Shown: positions 1-9,575 of the stretch, piece by piece | How the letters are laid out: every line of letters begins with the position of its first letter | Position numbering within the stretch: the stretch's first letter is position 1 | Assembly (NCBI RefSeq): GCF_039793925.1 | Contig: NZ_JBAMME010000199.1 | Span: forward strand, 70,121-134,120 | DNA from: Thermogutta sp. | GTDB lineage: Bacteria; Planctomycetota; Planctomycetia; Pirellulales; Thermoguttaceae | Direction: 5' to 3' | Length of the DNA: 64,000 nucleotides | The notes under the pieces: model-generated | Told to the model about the DNA's origin: nothing | What the model saw: only the letters and a program-made list of their open reading frames with translations | The model's database searches: none | Made by a program: the position numbers and the translations under genes

Positions 1-2093
1 AAGATACCACCTAAAGCGTACCACTCGAGAAATGGCGTCAGCGCCCGCCGCATCGCTGCACCGGCGGAATGGAGGGTTTCCCGCCACCGTTCCGGTCGGA
101 CAAGGGTTTCGATTCCCTCCTGAACGCGACGGCGGACCGGTTGGTAGACCTCCGATTGTTGCGTGACCTTGTCCAGTTGCATCACGTACTTGAGCCAGAT
201 GTAGTCGAGGAACGTGTAGGTGGTCCAAAGGCGTTGCCAGAAGGTTTGGTTTTCTCCCGCGCGAATGGCCGTGGAGGGCGTCGGGTCAAGGCGAAGCCAT
301 GCCCCGTATTTCCACACTTCCGGCGGCTTGCCACCCAGCAGTTCGGGAGAGAGCTTGTCGGGGCTGAGATAAGCTTCCACCCAGGCGTGGGCATCGCGCT
401 GCCGGGCCTGATAGAATCCCCCCAGTGTGTTGAACTCCTCCGTTTTGTACCCAATGACGATTCGCGTGGGGATTCCCCGGCAACGTAGAAGGAGTGCCAA
501 CGCTGTGGCGAAATATTCGCAATGTCCTTTCCGTGTTTCAGTGAGAAAATCGACCACAGGATCAAGCTGAGGATCACGCGCGACCGCCTCGCCGGAGTAT
601 TGAAACTTGCCCGAAAAGGCCAGAATCTGCTCGAAATGCTTGGCAATGTGGAAGTGATCTTCCTCAGGCCAGGGTGCCTCTTTGGCCCACTTGGTGGCGA
701 GTTGCTCCAAACGATCCCACCCCCGTCTGTAATACAGCTCACGATGGACCACGAAACGCCCGCCCCACCAATCGGGCTGGAAAATGATCCAGGGAAGTTG
801 CAGAAAAGGGCCCTGTAGCACCGGCTCCGGGGCCGGGACAAGATCAGCCAGGCGGTTGAACTCCAAGGCTGATGTGGTCATCTCAATAGTAGCCCGCCGA
901 TCCTGTTCTGTAACTCTCAGGACCCGGGTACGATCAGTATCGTAAAGCAGAGGGGAATCGTCCCATTTGCCCACCGGCCAAATGGCGAAAACCTCCGAAC
1001 CCTGGGTGCGTTCCAGAACAACTCTTTGCAGGAAGAGTGATTGCCCTGGTCCACGGAAAAGCGGTTGAAGAGGACGAGTCTCGTTTTGGACAAAGAAGGG
1101 ATTCAATGACCAATGTTTCTCGTAGTAGGCCTGGAGCGATCCACCTCGCAGATAGAGCGGTCCCACATATCCCAGTGGCTTTCCGTCGAGGGTCGCGAGC
1201 TCCACTCGCATCACAGGCGTAGGGTCGTCCAGGAGGTCCCCCACCTCCTCTAAAGTGACTGCGGCATCGAAACCCACCGTTCGGAGAGGTGCGGGCGCAA
1301 GACCCGGCCAGGGACGCGTGCTGAGTCGCGGAACGATAAGAAACACGAGCCCGCTGAAAAGGGCGGAACTGACCACCAGGCGGGCCACTCTGCCCAGCAA
1401 TCCCCAGTTGATCCCGAGCGGCGAACGCGGATCAGGCGGATCCCCCATCACAGCAATGATCACCGTCGGGAATGCGTCGTTCTCCTGGGAGCCCATGCGA
1501 CCCACGTGCTGGTTGCTCACCATACCCCATTCACCAAAATACGTCACCAGGAGGAGGGCCGTGAGGGCCAAAATCAGATACACGACCAGCAGTAATCCGA
1601 AAATGACCCCGTGAAAAAACGCGCAGGCGGAGACGACCTGAAAAATGCTCAGCATGAGCAAATAGCGGTAGATCCGGACGTCCTTTCGCTGGAACTGCAG
1701 GACACACTGAATGTACACCAAAAGATTAGCCACAATCAGAACATGGAGTGGCCCGGAATACCGGAGCACGTCGAACCCCGTGATCACCAGCGCGCCAACC
1801 AAAAGGATGTTGGTAACCCACCCGGGGAAAGCAAAGATTCTCCCTAGGTCAACCAATAGCAAACTGGCGAGAGAAGCGACTAGAGCCAGCGACATCAACC
1901 AGCGTGATTGCTGGCCCATCGCCAAAAGGAACGTCCCCAGCGCCGCCAGCGCCGCCATATTGATCTGCAGCAGGCGCGTGAGCCAGGTGCTGACGGTCTG
2001 GTGGCGTCTCTCCCTGTTGATTGCGATCGGCCCGTCACGACCTGGCGACGGTTTGGTATTCAAAAATGTTGTCAAGGTTCCCAGATGTGACAT
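1..2093 (-). CDS. Transglutaminase-like membrane protein (TgpA/DUF3488-type); the 3' end runs off the left edge of the window
   Basis: My own translation of the minus frame, which has no stop between 2093 and 1. It is absent from the ORF track because it is open at the window edge. N-terminal hydrophobic helices (AALAALGTFLLAMG, ILLVGALVITGF, LLLVVYLILALTALLLV) are followed by the transglutaminase core GHCEYFATALALLLRCRGIPTRIVIGY ... QRDAHAWVEAY (Cys/His/Asp). The start is either ATG 2093, which overlaps the DUF58 3' end, or ATG 1958. Confidence 0.8.
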   Translation of the reverse strand, partial: MSHLGTLTTFLNTKPSPGRDGPIAINRERRHQTVSTWLTRLLQINMAALAALGTFLLAMGQQSRWLMSLALVASLASLLLVDLGRIFAFPGWVTNILLVGALVITGFDVLRYSGPLHVLIVANLLVYIQCVLQFQRKDVRIYRYLLMLSIFQVVSACAFFHGVIFGLLLVVYLILALTALLLVTYFGEWGMVSNQHVGRMGSQENDAFPTVIIAVMGDPPDPRSPLGINWGLLGRVARLVVSSALFSGLVFLIVPRLSTRPWPGLAPAPLRTVGFDAAVTLEEVGDLLDDPTPVMRVELATLDGKPLGYVGPLYLRGGSLQAYYEKHWSLNPFFVQNETRPLQPLFRGPGQSLFLQRVVLERTQGSEVFAIWPVGKWDDSPLLYDTDRTRVLRVTEQDRRATIEMTTSALEFNRLADLVPAPEPVLQGPFLQLPWIIFQPDWWGGRFVVHRELYYRRGWDRLEQLATKWAKEAPWPEEDHFHIAKHFEQILAFSGKFQYSGEAVARDPQLDPVVDFLTETRKGHCEYFATALALLLRCRGIPTRIVIGYKTEEFNTLGGFYQARQRDAHAWVEAYLSPDKLSPELLGGKPPEVWKYGAWLRLDPTPSTAIRAGENQTFWQRLWTTYTFLDYIWLKYVMQLDKVTQQSEVYQPVRRRVQEGIETLVRPERWRETLHSAGAAMRRALTPFLEWYALGGI

Positions 2094-3291
2094 CAATGAC
2101 TTCCAGCCGAAAATCTCGCGAGAGGGTACTCGCTTGCCCGGAACGGGCTGCCAGGGCGTCCCTTTGGACGGACTGGCCCCTTCTATCACCAGATAAACCG
2201 GGTCGAAATTGCAAGGGACTTGTGGTGACCAGAAGAAAATCGGCGTGTTGGGGGCTTTTCTGACGAGCCTCCGCAAACAGGGTCACCAGGCGATCCTCCT
2301 CCGAAGGCTCGGCTCTGGTCAAAACGTCCATTGCCCGTTCCAGAAATCCGGGCGAAGCGGGTCCGCCCAACCAGACGACATCTTCTGCGCTGACGCCCAG
2401 AAGGAGGGAGCCTCCCCCTTTCCGACAGAGATCGTGGATCACGGTGGCGACGAAACTGATCGCCTTTTCCACGTCCTCTTCACTTTTGAAAACGTCCTGG
2501 CTCTCGGGTTGATTGGCACGACAGCACAGGTTGAGTAGGACGGTCAGATGCTGCTCACGAGGGCGGTCGAATTGCCGCACCAGCAGTTCCCCATGTCGAG
2601 CCGAACTTCGCCAATGAACCAGGCGGGGACTATCGCCGGCCTGCCAGCTTCGAAGTCCGTAAAAATCTCCCGACACTCGGTCCGCACACCTTTCGGCCCG
2701 GCTTCCGCCCTCAAATGTGAAATGTTGACGCCGCCGCCAATTCTCGGTGAGTCGTCCCAGTCGGGGACACACGCTGATTCGGTCATAGAGGTCGACCTGG
2801 CGACGAGCTTCAAACAATCCAAGAGGGAAGCGAGTTGTCAAAACGAGCGGACCGAGCGTGTAGCATCCGCGTCGGCCAATCCTTCCCCGGTAAGCCAGGG
2901 TTTGAGGGCAGGTGCCATCCACGTAGGGGAAAAACACCCGAACGCTCTTGGTGTCCGCGTTCGGATCCGAACTGTCTCGCTGCACGGAATCCAATACAGA
3001 AACCATCCACACCTTGCCTCGGGGTGGAGAAACGGCCAATTGGAGGTCCACAACCAGCAGATCCCCCGCGCATATTTGGGCGGGGACTCTCCGGCGGACG
3101 GATAGGTGGCGTATATTCCGCCCCGCCATACGCCAGCTTAAGAACAGCGGCGCGGCGATCAGGCCAGCCAGAAGCAGCAGCAGATTAACCTGCCGCACCA
3201 TGGCGGCCAGAAAGATACCCACCACCAGGAAAGCATAATAACGCCCCACCGGCGTGAGACTAACGGTTATTTTGGCTCGCGTGCTCATCAC
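2035..3291 (-). CDS. DUF58 family protein (vWA-like partner of transglutaminase/MoxR systems)
   Basis: 418-aa ORF. Two N-terminal TM helices (YYAFLVVGIFLAAMV, LLLLLAGLIAAPLFL). DUF58-type core DFYGLRSWQAGDSPRLVHWRSSARHGELLVRQFD. Lies immediately upstream of the transglutaminase gene. Confidence 0.8.
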   Translation of the reverse strand: MMSTRAKITVSLTPVGRYYAFLVVGIFLAAMVRQVNLLLLLAGLIAAPLFLSWRMAGRNIRHLSVRRRVPAQICAGDLLVVDLQLAVSPPRGKVWMVSVLDSVQRDSSDPNADTKSVRVFFPYVDGTCPQTLAYRGRIGRRGCYTLGPLVLTTRFPLGLFEARRQVDLYDRISVCPRLGRLTENWRRRQHFTFEGGSRAERCADRVSGDFYGLRSWQAGDSPRLVHWRSSARHGELLVRQFDRPREQHLTVLLNLCCRANQPESQDVFKSEEDVEKAISFVATVIHDLCRKGGGSLLLGVSAEDVVWLGGPASPGFLERAMDVLTRAEPSEEDRLVTLFAEARQKSPQHADFLLVTTSPLQFRPGLSGDRRGQSVQRDALAARSGQASTLSRDFRLEVIDVTSGNLDNIFEYQTVARS

Positions 3292-3362
3292 GCATCAATT
3301 ATAAGCGAGCCTGGCCGTCGGGATGTTGTCGTCTTTGTGTGAATAATAAGCAAAGTGTTGCC

Positions 3363-4523
3363 TCACCCAGTGGGCTGGTCCGATGAGCCGTGACGGCGAA
3401 GGAATTCGTCCCGGAGTTGGCGGACCAACTCCTCCCGCCTTTCAAACAACCGTTTGAGGGGGCGGCGGGAGCGTCGGGTCAGAGCGTACGACGTGAGAAG
3501 CGGCATGGCCACAGTGGAATCAATGTAACACACCACCGAGTCCGGCACACGATCGGGATCGACCTTTCCCCAGCTCACCGCTTCTTGAGGGGTAGCCCCG
3601 GAGAGTCCACCGGTATCCGGCCGCGCGTCGGTAAATTGCAGGAAATAATCGTGGCCTTTCGTCTCAATTTCCAGAATATCGGTCACATGAGGAGCCGTTT
3701 GAAGCACGAAGTTCTTGGGACTTCCTCCGCCGAAAATGACCACTGCTGAGCGGCGTCCTTCCTGCTTCGACCAGTAGTAAATGGCCGCCGTCTCGTTGAC
3801 GTCGGCAAGAGGATCGAGTACGAGCTGCGAATCGCGAAAGCGCTCGGCGGCGGCCACCATCCCGATGGTGGAGTCGCCCGGAGAACTAGTGTAGACCGGC
3901 ACACCGCAACGGTAGGCTGCAGCGAGCACGGAAACGTGCGGAAGTCCCGCCTTCTCCTCGGCTTCCGCCGCGTATTTCCCCATGTGATGGTGCAGCTCGG
4001 CAGTGGTAAGTCGGCCCTGAAATTCTGGGCGAACGAGCATTTCCTGGACCCGCCGGTCCGTTTCAATCAAGCATTCGTCGAGGGAAAGAAGCACATCGTA
4101 AATCCGCACCACACCCACCTCATGGAGATAACGATCGTCGTAGCGGAAGTCCCCGGCCACCAGTTTGTAATTAAACGCAAAGTGAAGGTCGTGGTAGAGA
4201 TTGGCGCCCGTGCTCACAATCCAGTCCACGAAACCGGCCTCGATGAGCGGGACAATGCAGGAAGGCCCCAGTCCAGCGGGAGTGAGGGCGCCGGCCAGCG
4301 ATATTCCGACCGTCACCTCCGGTTCGAGCATTTTTCGGGTGAATAGTTGGAGCGCTTCTCTCAACCTTCCGGCGTTGTACGCCAGAAAGCACTGATCGAT
4401 CAGGTCAGCCGCCGACTCATCACCTTTTATCTCTGGGGGCAGAATGCGTCGGCCGGAAAGCAGCATGTCGTGTTCGGATTTATGGTTTCGTCGTGGGCAA
4501 TCCTTCATCGCGGAGAACTCCAA
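3363..4523 (-). CDS. Deoxyhypusine synthase-like protein (DHS / homospermidine-synthase-like family)
   Basis: 386-aa ORF with STGANLYHD and GGGSPKNF, and the active-site context GLSGATPQEAVSWGKV, matching the EAVSWGK catalytic-lysine motif of DHS. The true start may be an internal Met (M6 or M20). Confidence 0.8.
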   Translation of the reverse strand: MEFSAMKDCPRRNHKSEHDMLLSGRRILPPEIKGDESAADLIDQCFLAYNAGRLREALQLFTRKMLEPEVTVGISLAGALTPAGLGPSCIVPLIEAGFVDWIVSTGANLYHDLHFAFNYKLVAGDFRYDDRYLHEVGVVRIYDVLLSLDECLIETDRRVQEMLVRPEFQGRLTTAELHHHMGKYAAEAEEKAGLPHVSVLAAAYRCGVPVYTSSPGDSTIGMVAAAERFRDSQLVLDPLADVNETAAIYYWSKQEGRRSAVVIFGGGSPKNFVLQTAPHVTDILEIETKGHDYFLQFTDARPDTGGLSGATPQEAVSWGKVDPDRVPDSVVCYIDSTVAMPLLTSYALTRRSRRPLKRLFERREELVRQLRDEFLRRHGSSDQPTG

Positions 4524-5072
4524 AGGATTGTTTGTCCAACTGTTTTTCGAAGCTTAAACCCGTAAGCGTCCGGGGTGCTCGGGCCGGCTATCTCCTGCGA
4601 AAACAAGTTCGACAGAAACGAAGCAAGCCGCGTTCCGTGGCTGGGCACAATTTCCGCGTTTCTTGGTGGCTTGCTCACACCGGTGTTGGAGGTACCCCGA
4701 GGAAGTCTGTAGGAAGAGTTAATTAAACCCCAAAAATCGGGGGTTAGAAAGGGCCCAAGCGCTGAAATTTTATCGGGGTGCCACGTCGACACCAGTTAGA
4801 AAACGGCGGATTTCCTCTCGGCGGGGCAATTTCTGCCATTTTCATCGAAAAGGTATCGACGCGCCGTCAGTTTTGTCAGCCAAAAGTGTCCGCGATGAGA
4901 CCCCGCCAATAATGTCTTGTGCGTTGTGCGCTTGACAGCGCCGGCGCAATAAGGGAGGCGCAGATTCCCAATCCCGCATCGATTTTGAGTCTTGCGGTGC
5001 ACAAACGGCTGCTCATCGGCAGATTTCCGAGATGGTAGGTGGACGGTTCTCAGCGATTCGGGAGGTGACGCT

Positions 5073-6350
5073 ATGAGGCGGTTCGTTCGACCTCTGGTTC
5101 TCGTGGCCCTGGGATTAATGCTGCTGTGGGGCCACCCGGTTCTCGCAGAAGAGTCCGGAAAGGCAGCAAAACCGCAAAACATCATCCTCATTGGATGGGA
5201 TGGTGCACAACGGGCGCACGTGATGGAATGTTTGCAACGCGGGGAGCTCCCCAACCTCCAACAGCTCGCCAAAGAAGGGGCCCTCGTCAACATCGACGTC
5301 GTCACGGGGGCGACCGACACCAAAGCCGGGTGGACGCAGATCCTTACAGGTTACAATCCTGAAGTCACAGGGGTCTACAGCAACGGGCGATACCGGGATG
5401 TTCCCAAGGGCCTGAGCGTTTTTGAGCGTCTCAAGGAGCATTTCGGCCCCGATTTTGTGTGTGTCGCGGTGATCGGTAAGCGGGAGCACTGCGGTGAAAT
5501 CCGGGAGCCATTCAAACGGCAGATTACTGATGAGGAAGCGGCCAAGATTCAGAGCCAACGTGAAGCGCAAGCCAAGCAACAGGCGCAGGCCCGACAACAA
5601 GGCCAGCAAAAACAGCAGGCGCAGCCCGGTCAAGCAGGCCAGAGGCGGGCTCAGCAGAAAGCTGGGCAGCCAGCCCAACCCGGCGCAGGTCGGCAAGTCA
5701 TTGGTCGGGTTGTCGAAGAGAACGGCGTCAAATATCTCGTTTTCGAAGGCTCGCCGTATTACACCATGCACAAAGCCTGCGATGTTTGGGAATATGGTTT
5801 GATGGAGGACGAGAAAGTCGGTTCGCGGGCTATTGAGCTTTTGGAAAAGTACCGCGATAAGCCGTTTTTCTTCTTTGTGCATTTTGCGTCTGTGGATCAT
5901 CAGGGGCATCGCTTCGGAGAAAATTCTAAGGAGTACAACGATGCCCTCATCTCCAACGACGCATGGCTGGGCAAGATCGTTGAAAAGCTGAAAGAGCTTG
6001 GTCTGTACGATAAGACACTCATTTATGTGACGGCTGACCACGGATTCAATGAAGGAACCACGAACCACAGTTATGCCCCTTATGTGTTCCTGGCGACAAA
6101 CGATCCCCTGGTGAAGCGGGATGGGATGCGGCAGGACATTGCTCCGACAATTCTTGCGCGGTTTGGAGTGGACCTGAGCAAGCTTCAGCCGCCGCTGGAC
6201 GGCGAACCGTTGACGCAGCCCGCTACGAAGCCGGTTTTAAAAGCTCCGGAAACCCCACCGGCAAGAGCCCAGGGAGTCCGGGCACAGAGGCGGGGAGGGC
6301 AGCGACGCGCTCAACAAGGTCAGGCGGCACCCGCCACACAGGCTCCCTAA
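5073..6350 (+). CDS. Secreted alkaline-phosphatase-superfamily enzyme (nucleotide pyrophosphatase/phosphodiesterase-like) with a Gln/Ala-rich insertion
   Basis: GGAGGTGA Shine-Dalgarno 4 nt before ATG 5073. Signal peptide MRRFVRPLVLVALGLMLLWGHPVLAEE. Metal/nucleophile motifs ILIGWDGAQ, VTGATDTKAGW, FVHFASVDHQGH, YVTADHGF. Confidence 0.75.
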   Translation: MRRFVRPLVLVALGLMLLWGHPVLAEESGKAAKPQNIILIGWDGAQRAHVMECLQRGELPNLQQLAKEGALVNIDVVTGATDTKAGWTQILTGYNPEVTGVYSNGRYRDVPKGLSVFERLKEHFGPDFVCVAVIGKREHCGEIREPFKRQITDEEAAKIQSQREAQAKQQAQARQQGQQKQQAQPGQAGQRRAQQKAGQPAQPGAGRQVIGRVVEENGVKYLVFEGSPYYTMHKACDVWEYGLMEDEKVGSRAIELLEKYRDKPFFFFVHFASVDHQGHRFGENSKEYNDALISNDAWLGKIVEKLKELGLYDKTLIYVTADHGFNEGTTNHSYAPYVFLATNDPLVKRDGMRQDIAPTILARFGVDLSKLQPPLDGEPLTQPATKPVLKAPETPPARAQGVRAQRRGGQRRAQQGQAAPATQAP

Positions 6351-6423
6351 AGGCCAGCGGGCCGTTGATCTGCCGTAGGAACACGTGGGAGGCAGAAACC
6401 CGTCACCCGTGAGCTCGTCCGTG

Positions 6424-6457
6424 GGTAGGGGTGAAACAACTCGCCCCTACCTTTTTT
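6424..6457 (+). terminator. Rho-independent terminator after the phosphatase gene
   Basis: GGTAGGGG (6424-6431) pairs with CCCCTACC (6444-6451) around a 12-nt loop, followed by TTTTTT (6452-6457). Confidence 0.7.
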
Positions 6458-6476
6458 GTTCGTTTGGCAATATTTT

Positions 6477-7853
6477 TCATTCAGAAGGGCCGCTGCGGTT
6501 TGAAGGAGATAGGGCTTCCAAGGCCTTGAGCTTGTAAATGAGTGCCCGCCGGCTGATGCCTAACTTTTTAGCGGCCAACGTTCGGTTGCCGCCGCACTCG
6601 GCAAGGGTGGACAGGATTGTTGCCCTTTCCACTGCGGAGAGACGGCCTACCTCAAATTCTCGGGTCACTTCCTGCGCCGAAGACGCCAGGGCGGCCAGCT
6701 CGGGTGGGAGATGCTCCGGAAGGATGATATTTCCCTGCGCGAGCAAGCACGCCCGCTGGATCGCGTTTCGCAATTGCCGCACATTTCCCGGCCAGTGATA
6801 TGAGAGCAGAGCGGCCATCGCCTGTGGTGAAAATCGTACGGGTTGGCGCGCAAACTGACGGCCGAAAAACTCGGCCAGCGGGAGAATATCCTCACGGCGC
6901 TCCTTCAACGGGGGGACAGTGAGTTCCACCACATTGATGCGGAAATAGAGGTCTTCGCGAAACCGCCCGGTTTTTACAAGTTCCTCGAGATTGCGGTTGG
7001 TGGCCGCGAGGAGCCGGAAGTCGGCCTTTACAGGTTTTTCACTGCCAACGGGGATGATCTCTCCAGTTTCCAATGCCCGCAATAGCTTGGCCTGAACGGT
7101 GAGAGGCAGTTCCCCAATTTCGTCAAGAAACAGGGTGCCCCCGTGCGCTGAGCGAAAATATCCTATGCGGTCCGCAGTTGCCCCGGTAAACGCCCCAGCA
7201 ACATGCCCGAAAAGCTCGCTCTCGACGAGTGATTCCGGCAAACCTGCGCAATTGGCAGCAACGAATGGGCCCTCTCGTCGAGAACTCCAGTCGCGAATGA
7301 GCCGTGCCACCACCTCCTTTCCACTGCCGCTTGGGCCAAGGATCAAAACTGGGGCCTCTGATTGTGCGACGAGATAAGCTGTTTCCAGAACCTTCTGAAA
7401 CGCGGCACTCACGCACACCACGTGGGAAGGCAGCGGCGGTAAACGCGATGTCGTGGCAAGCTCGTCAGCACGCCCCACGTGATCAAGAATGGCGGTTTCC
7501 AATTCCTCAAGATCGACGGGCTTGAGGAGATAATCGACGGCCCCAATCTTCATCGCTTCCACCGCCTCGCGGACATCGCCGTAAGCAGTGATCAGAATGA
7601 CCGGGATTTCAGGGTGGTTTTTCCTTAATTCCGGCAAAAATTCCAGCCCCGATTTCCCCGGTAATCGAACGTCCAGAAGCACAAGAGCAGGATGTTCTTG
7701 AGCCATTCGTTGCCCTGCTTCGGCGGCTGAAGCCGCTTCCATGGTGCGAAAGCCCAGTGACTGCACCACCTCGGCAAACAGCTTGCGGTGGGCCTCGTCG
7801 TCATCCACGATCAGAATCAGCGGCTGCTTGCTGGGGTTACCGCGCATGGGCAT
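6477..7853 (-). CDS. Sigma-54-dependent response regulator (NtrC/ZraR family: REC + AAA+ + Fis-type HTH)
   Basis: REC domain (LILIVDDDE ... LLDVRLPG), Walker A GPSGSGKE, sigma-54 contact loop GAFTGA, and C-terminal HTH (GGNRTLAAKKLGISRRALIYKL). Confidence 0.9.
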   Translation of the reverse strand: MPMRGNPSKQPLILIVDDDEAHRKLFAEVVQSLGFRTMEAASAAEAGQRMAQEHPALVLLDVRLPGKSGLEFLPELRKNHPEIPVILITAYGDVREAVEAMKIGAVDYLLKPVDLEELETAILDHVGRADELATTSRLPPLPSHVVCVSAAFQKVLETAYLVAQSEAPVLILGPSGSGKEVVARLIRDWSSRREGPFVAANCAGLPESLVESELFGHVAGAFTGATADRIGYFRSAHGGTLFLDEIGELPLTVQAKLLRALETGEIIPVGSEKPVKADFRLLAATNRNLEELVKTGRFREDLYFRINVVELTVPPLKERREDILPLAEFFGRQFARQPVRFSPQAMAALLSYHWPGNVRQLRNAIQRACLLAQGNIILPEHLPPELAALASSAQEVTREFEVGRLSAVERATILSTLAECGGNRTLAAKKLGISRRALIYKLKALEALSPSNRSGPSE

Positions 7854-7932
7854 GGGATGTAGATGTCAAGGTTATTTTTTACCCCAGTCTGGCGTGCGAC
7901 CAAGCTTCCCGAAAATTGCGTTCTTTGGCCTT

Positions 7933-9462
7933 TTAGGGTTTCCGCTGCCCTGGGGATTCAGGGTTTGATGCAAGGTCTCCTTGGGCTGAGGTGCAGGTTC
8001 CGCGTCGTGCCGCTCTCTCGGAAGTGCACGTGTGTTTCCGTTTCTGCAAAGGGATTAAGATGCGAAACACAGAGCCGCCTTGTGGCACGGGCTGGTACTG
8101 AATGTCCCAGCCATGGGCCTCAACAACTTTGCGAACCAGGGCCAATCCCAGGCCACTCCCCTGCGGATCGGTTGAGAAATACGGCGTAAATAGTCGCGGA
8201 ATCAGCTCTGGGGGAATCCCTGGCCCGTGATCTCTCACTTCAATTGTACAGCAATTGGAAGAGACACGCGTGCTAATCTCTATGGACGTTCCCGGGTACG
8301 TGAATTTGACCGCATTGTGCAGCAGATTGAAGAGTGCCTGACGAAGTAGCTCGGGATCAGCCCAGAAAACGATCGGGTGGTCTGGCTGTTCATAGTGACA
8401 GCGAACGGCTTTGGCATCGCAATCGGGCTCCAGGAGTGTGAGAAGCTCCTGAATGATGGGCTCCGGATTGACAGGCTCCCAGCGCGGCAGACACGGTTTT
8501 GCGAAAGTAAGGAACTGCGTCAAACGAGCGGCCAGCCGATCACATTCTTCCATGACCAGGCGGGCTTCGCGGGCAACTGGCGAGTGCAGCTCTTCACTCT
8601 GCGCGATTTTTTGGGCCCAACCTCGAATAAGCCCTAATGGATGGCGCGTTTCATGAGCCAGACCGGCGGCCGCCTGCCCTAGTTCCTCATAGTGTTTGGC
8701 CCGTAATTCGGCCAGTCGGCGCTCGTGTTCCGCAGTCAAAGCTCTGGCGGCAAGGCTCCCTACGACAGCGAGCAGCCCGAGACACCCCAGGCCAGTCCCG
8801 AGCTCGACGAGGCGACTGATCGCGGCCCGATGCACCTGCGCGTCGTAATCGGACCGGTCAAGAAGCAAAATAACAACGAAGATTCCCCCATTGGCAAAGG
8901 GGCTGGGACGTTCCTGTTCCGTGGCCTCGCGGAACCAGCGTCCCCAGCCGAAGCCTCGCCCTCGCCCCGATGCCTCTAGCGGTAGTGGCGAAAGCTCGAA
9001 AGGCTTCTGGATCAGGAAACCTTCCGGAAGTCTGGCCCAATCGTTCGGCGGAATGTCCAAGAGGTTTGCTCCGGCTCGAAGTAAGAACCGGCGACTGTTG
9101 TCGGTGATTGCTGCCGCTAGCACGTCATGAGAGTGGACCAGTTCATCAAGGGCCACCTGAATTTGCTGATCGAAAAAGGCCCCCAGTCGCCGATGGGAAC
9201 GGATCGCTCCAATAACGGCTTTGGCCAGGGCGTCGGCCTGCCCGCGGACGATTTCTTCCGCAGCCATTTGGTCCGTCTGCCATTCGCGCCACTGCCACGC
9301 CACAAAAAGCAGTGCCACTGCGAAAAGGAACACGAAGGCCAATAGGCCGCCTGTGTTCGGGAGGCTTCTCAATCTTCGCCTATTGTCTTTTTGCGAAGGA
9401 GTTTCCACTGAGGGAAGGTGTGGGAACGCAGAGCTCGCTAGCGTAGAGGACGCGTCCTTCAT
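7933..9462 (-). CDS. Membrane sensor histidine kinase (HisKA + HATPase_c)
   Basis: Two TM segments flank a roughly 150-aa extracytoplasmic region. H-box LAHETRHPLGLI; G-boxes RDHGPGIP and GSGLGLALV. Lies directly upstream of the NtrC-type regulator on the same strand. Confidence 0.85.
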   Translation of the reverse strand: MKDASSTLASSAFPHLPSVETPSQKDNRRRLRSLPNTGGLLAFVFLFAVALLFVAWQWREWQTDQMAAEEIVRGQADALAKAVIGAIRSHRRLGAFFDQQIQVALDELVHSHDVLAAAITDNSRRFLLRAGANLLDIPPNDWARLPEGFLIQKPFELSPLPLEASGRGRGFGWGRWFREATEQERPSPFANGGIFVVILLLDRSDYDAQVHRAAISRLVELGTGLGCLGLLAVVGSLAARALTAEHERRLAELRAKHYEELGQAAAGLAHETRHPLGLIRGWAQKIAQSEELHSPVAREARLVMEECDRLAARLTQFLTFAKPCLPRWEPVNPEPIIQELLTLLEPDCDAKAVRCHYEQPDHPIVFWADPELLRQALFNLLHNAVKFTYPGTSIEISTRVSSNCCTIEVRDHGPGIPPELIPRLFTPYFSTDPQGSGLGLALVRKVVEAHGWDIQYQPVPQGGSVFRILIPLQKRKHTCTSERAARRGTCTSAQGDLASNPESPGQRKP

Positions 9463-9490
9463 AATGTTTGTGGACTCCCTGAAAGTCTGT

Positions 9491-9524
9491 GAAAATGGCG
9501 GGAGACCTGTTTTGATCTCCCGCC
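9491..9524 (-). terminator. Intrinsic terminator after the CpxP/ZraP-like gene
   Basis: 9-bp stem: GGCGGGAGA (9497-9505) pairs with TCTCCCGCC (9516-9524). On the minus strand the hairpin is followed by ATTTTC (9496-9491). Confidence 0.55.
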
Positions 9525-9575
9525 GTTGTAAAGCCGATTACTTGGCGCTGTCAACCACGGAGCCGTGAGCGGAAT

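Noticed and set aside
69-2196. ORF-track ORFs on both strands inside 1-2196 (69-488+, 182-841-, 522-818+, 1255-1614+, 1711-2196+ and others)
   Set aside because: Their translations are Arg/Pro/Ser-rich nonsense. The third minus-strand frame is open across the whole interval and encodes a convincing transglutaminase-like protein, so these ORFs are shadows of it.
5115-6068. 317-aa minus-strand ORF
   Set aside because: It lies entirely antisense to the alkaline-phosphatase-family gene and has no motifs. This is a typical GC-rich antisense ORF.
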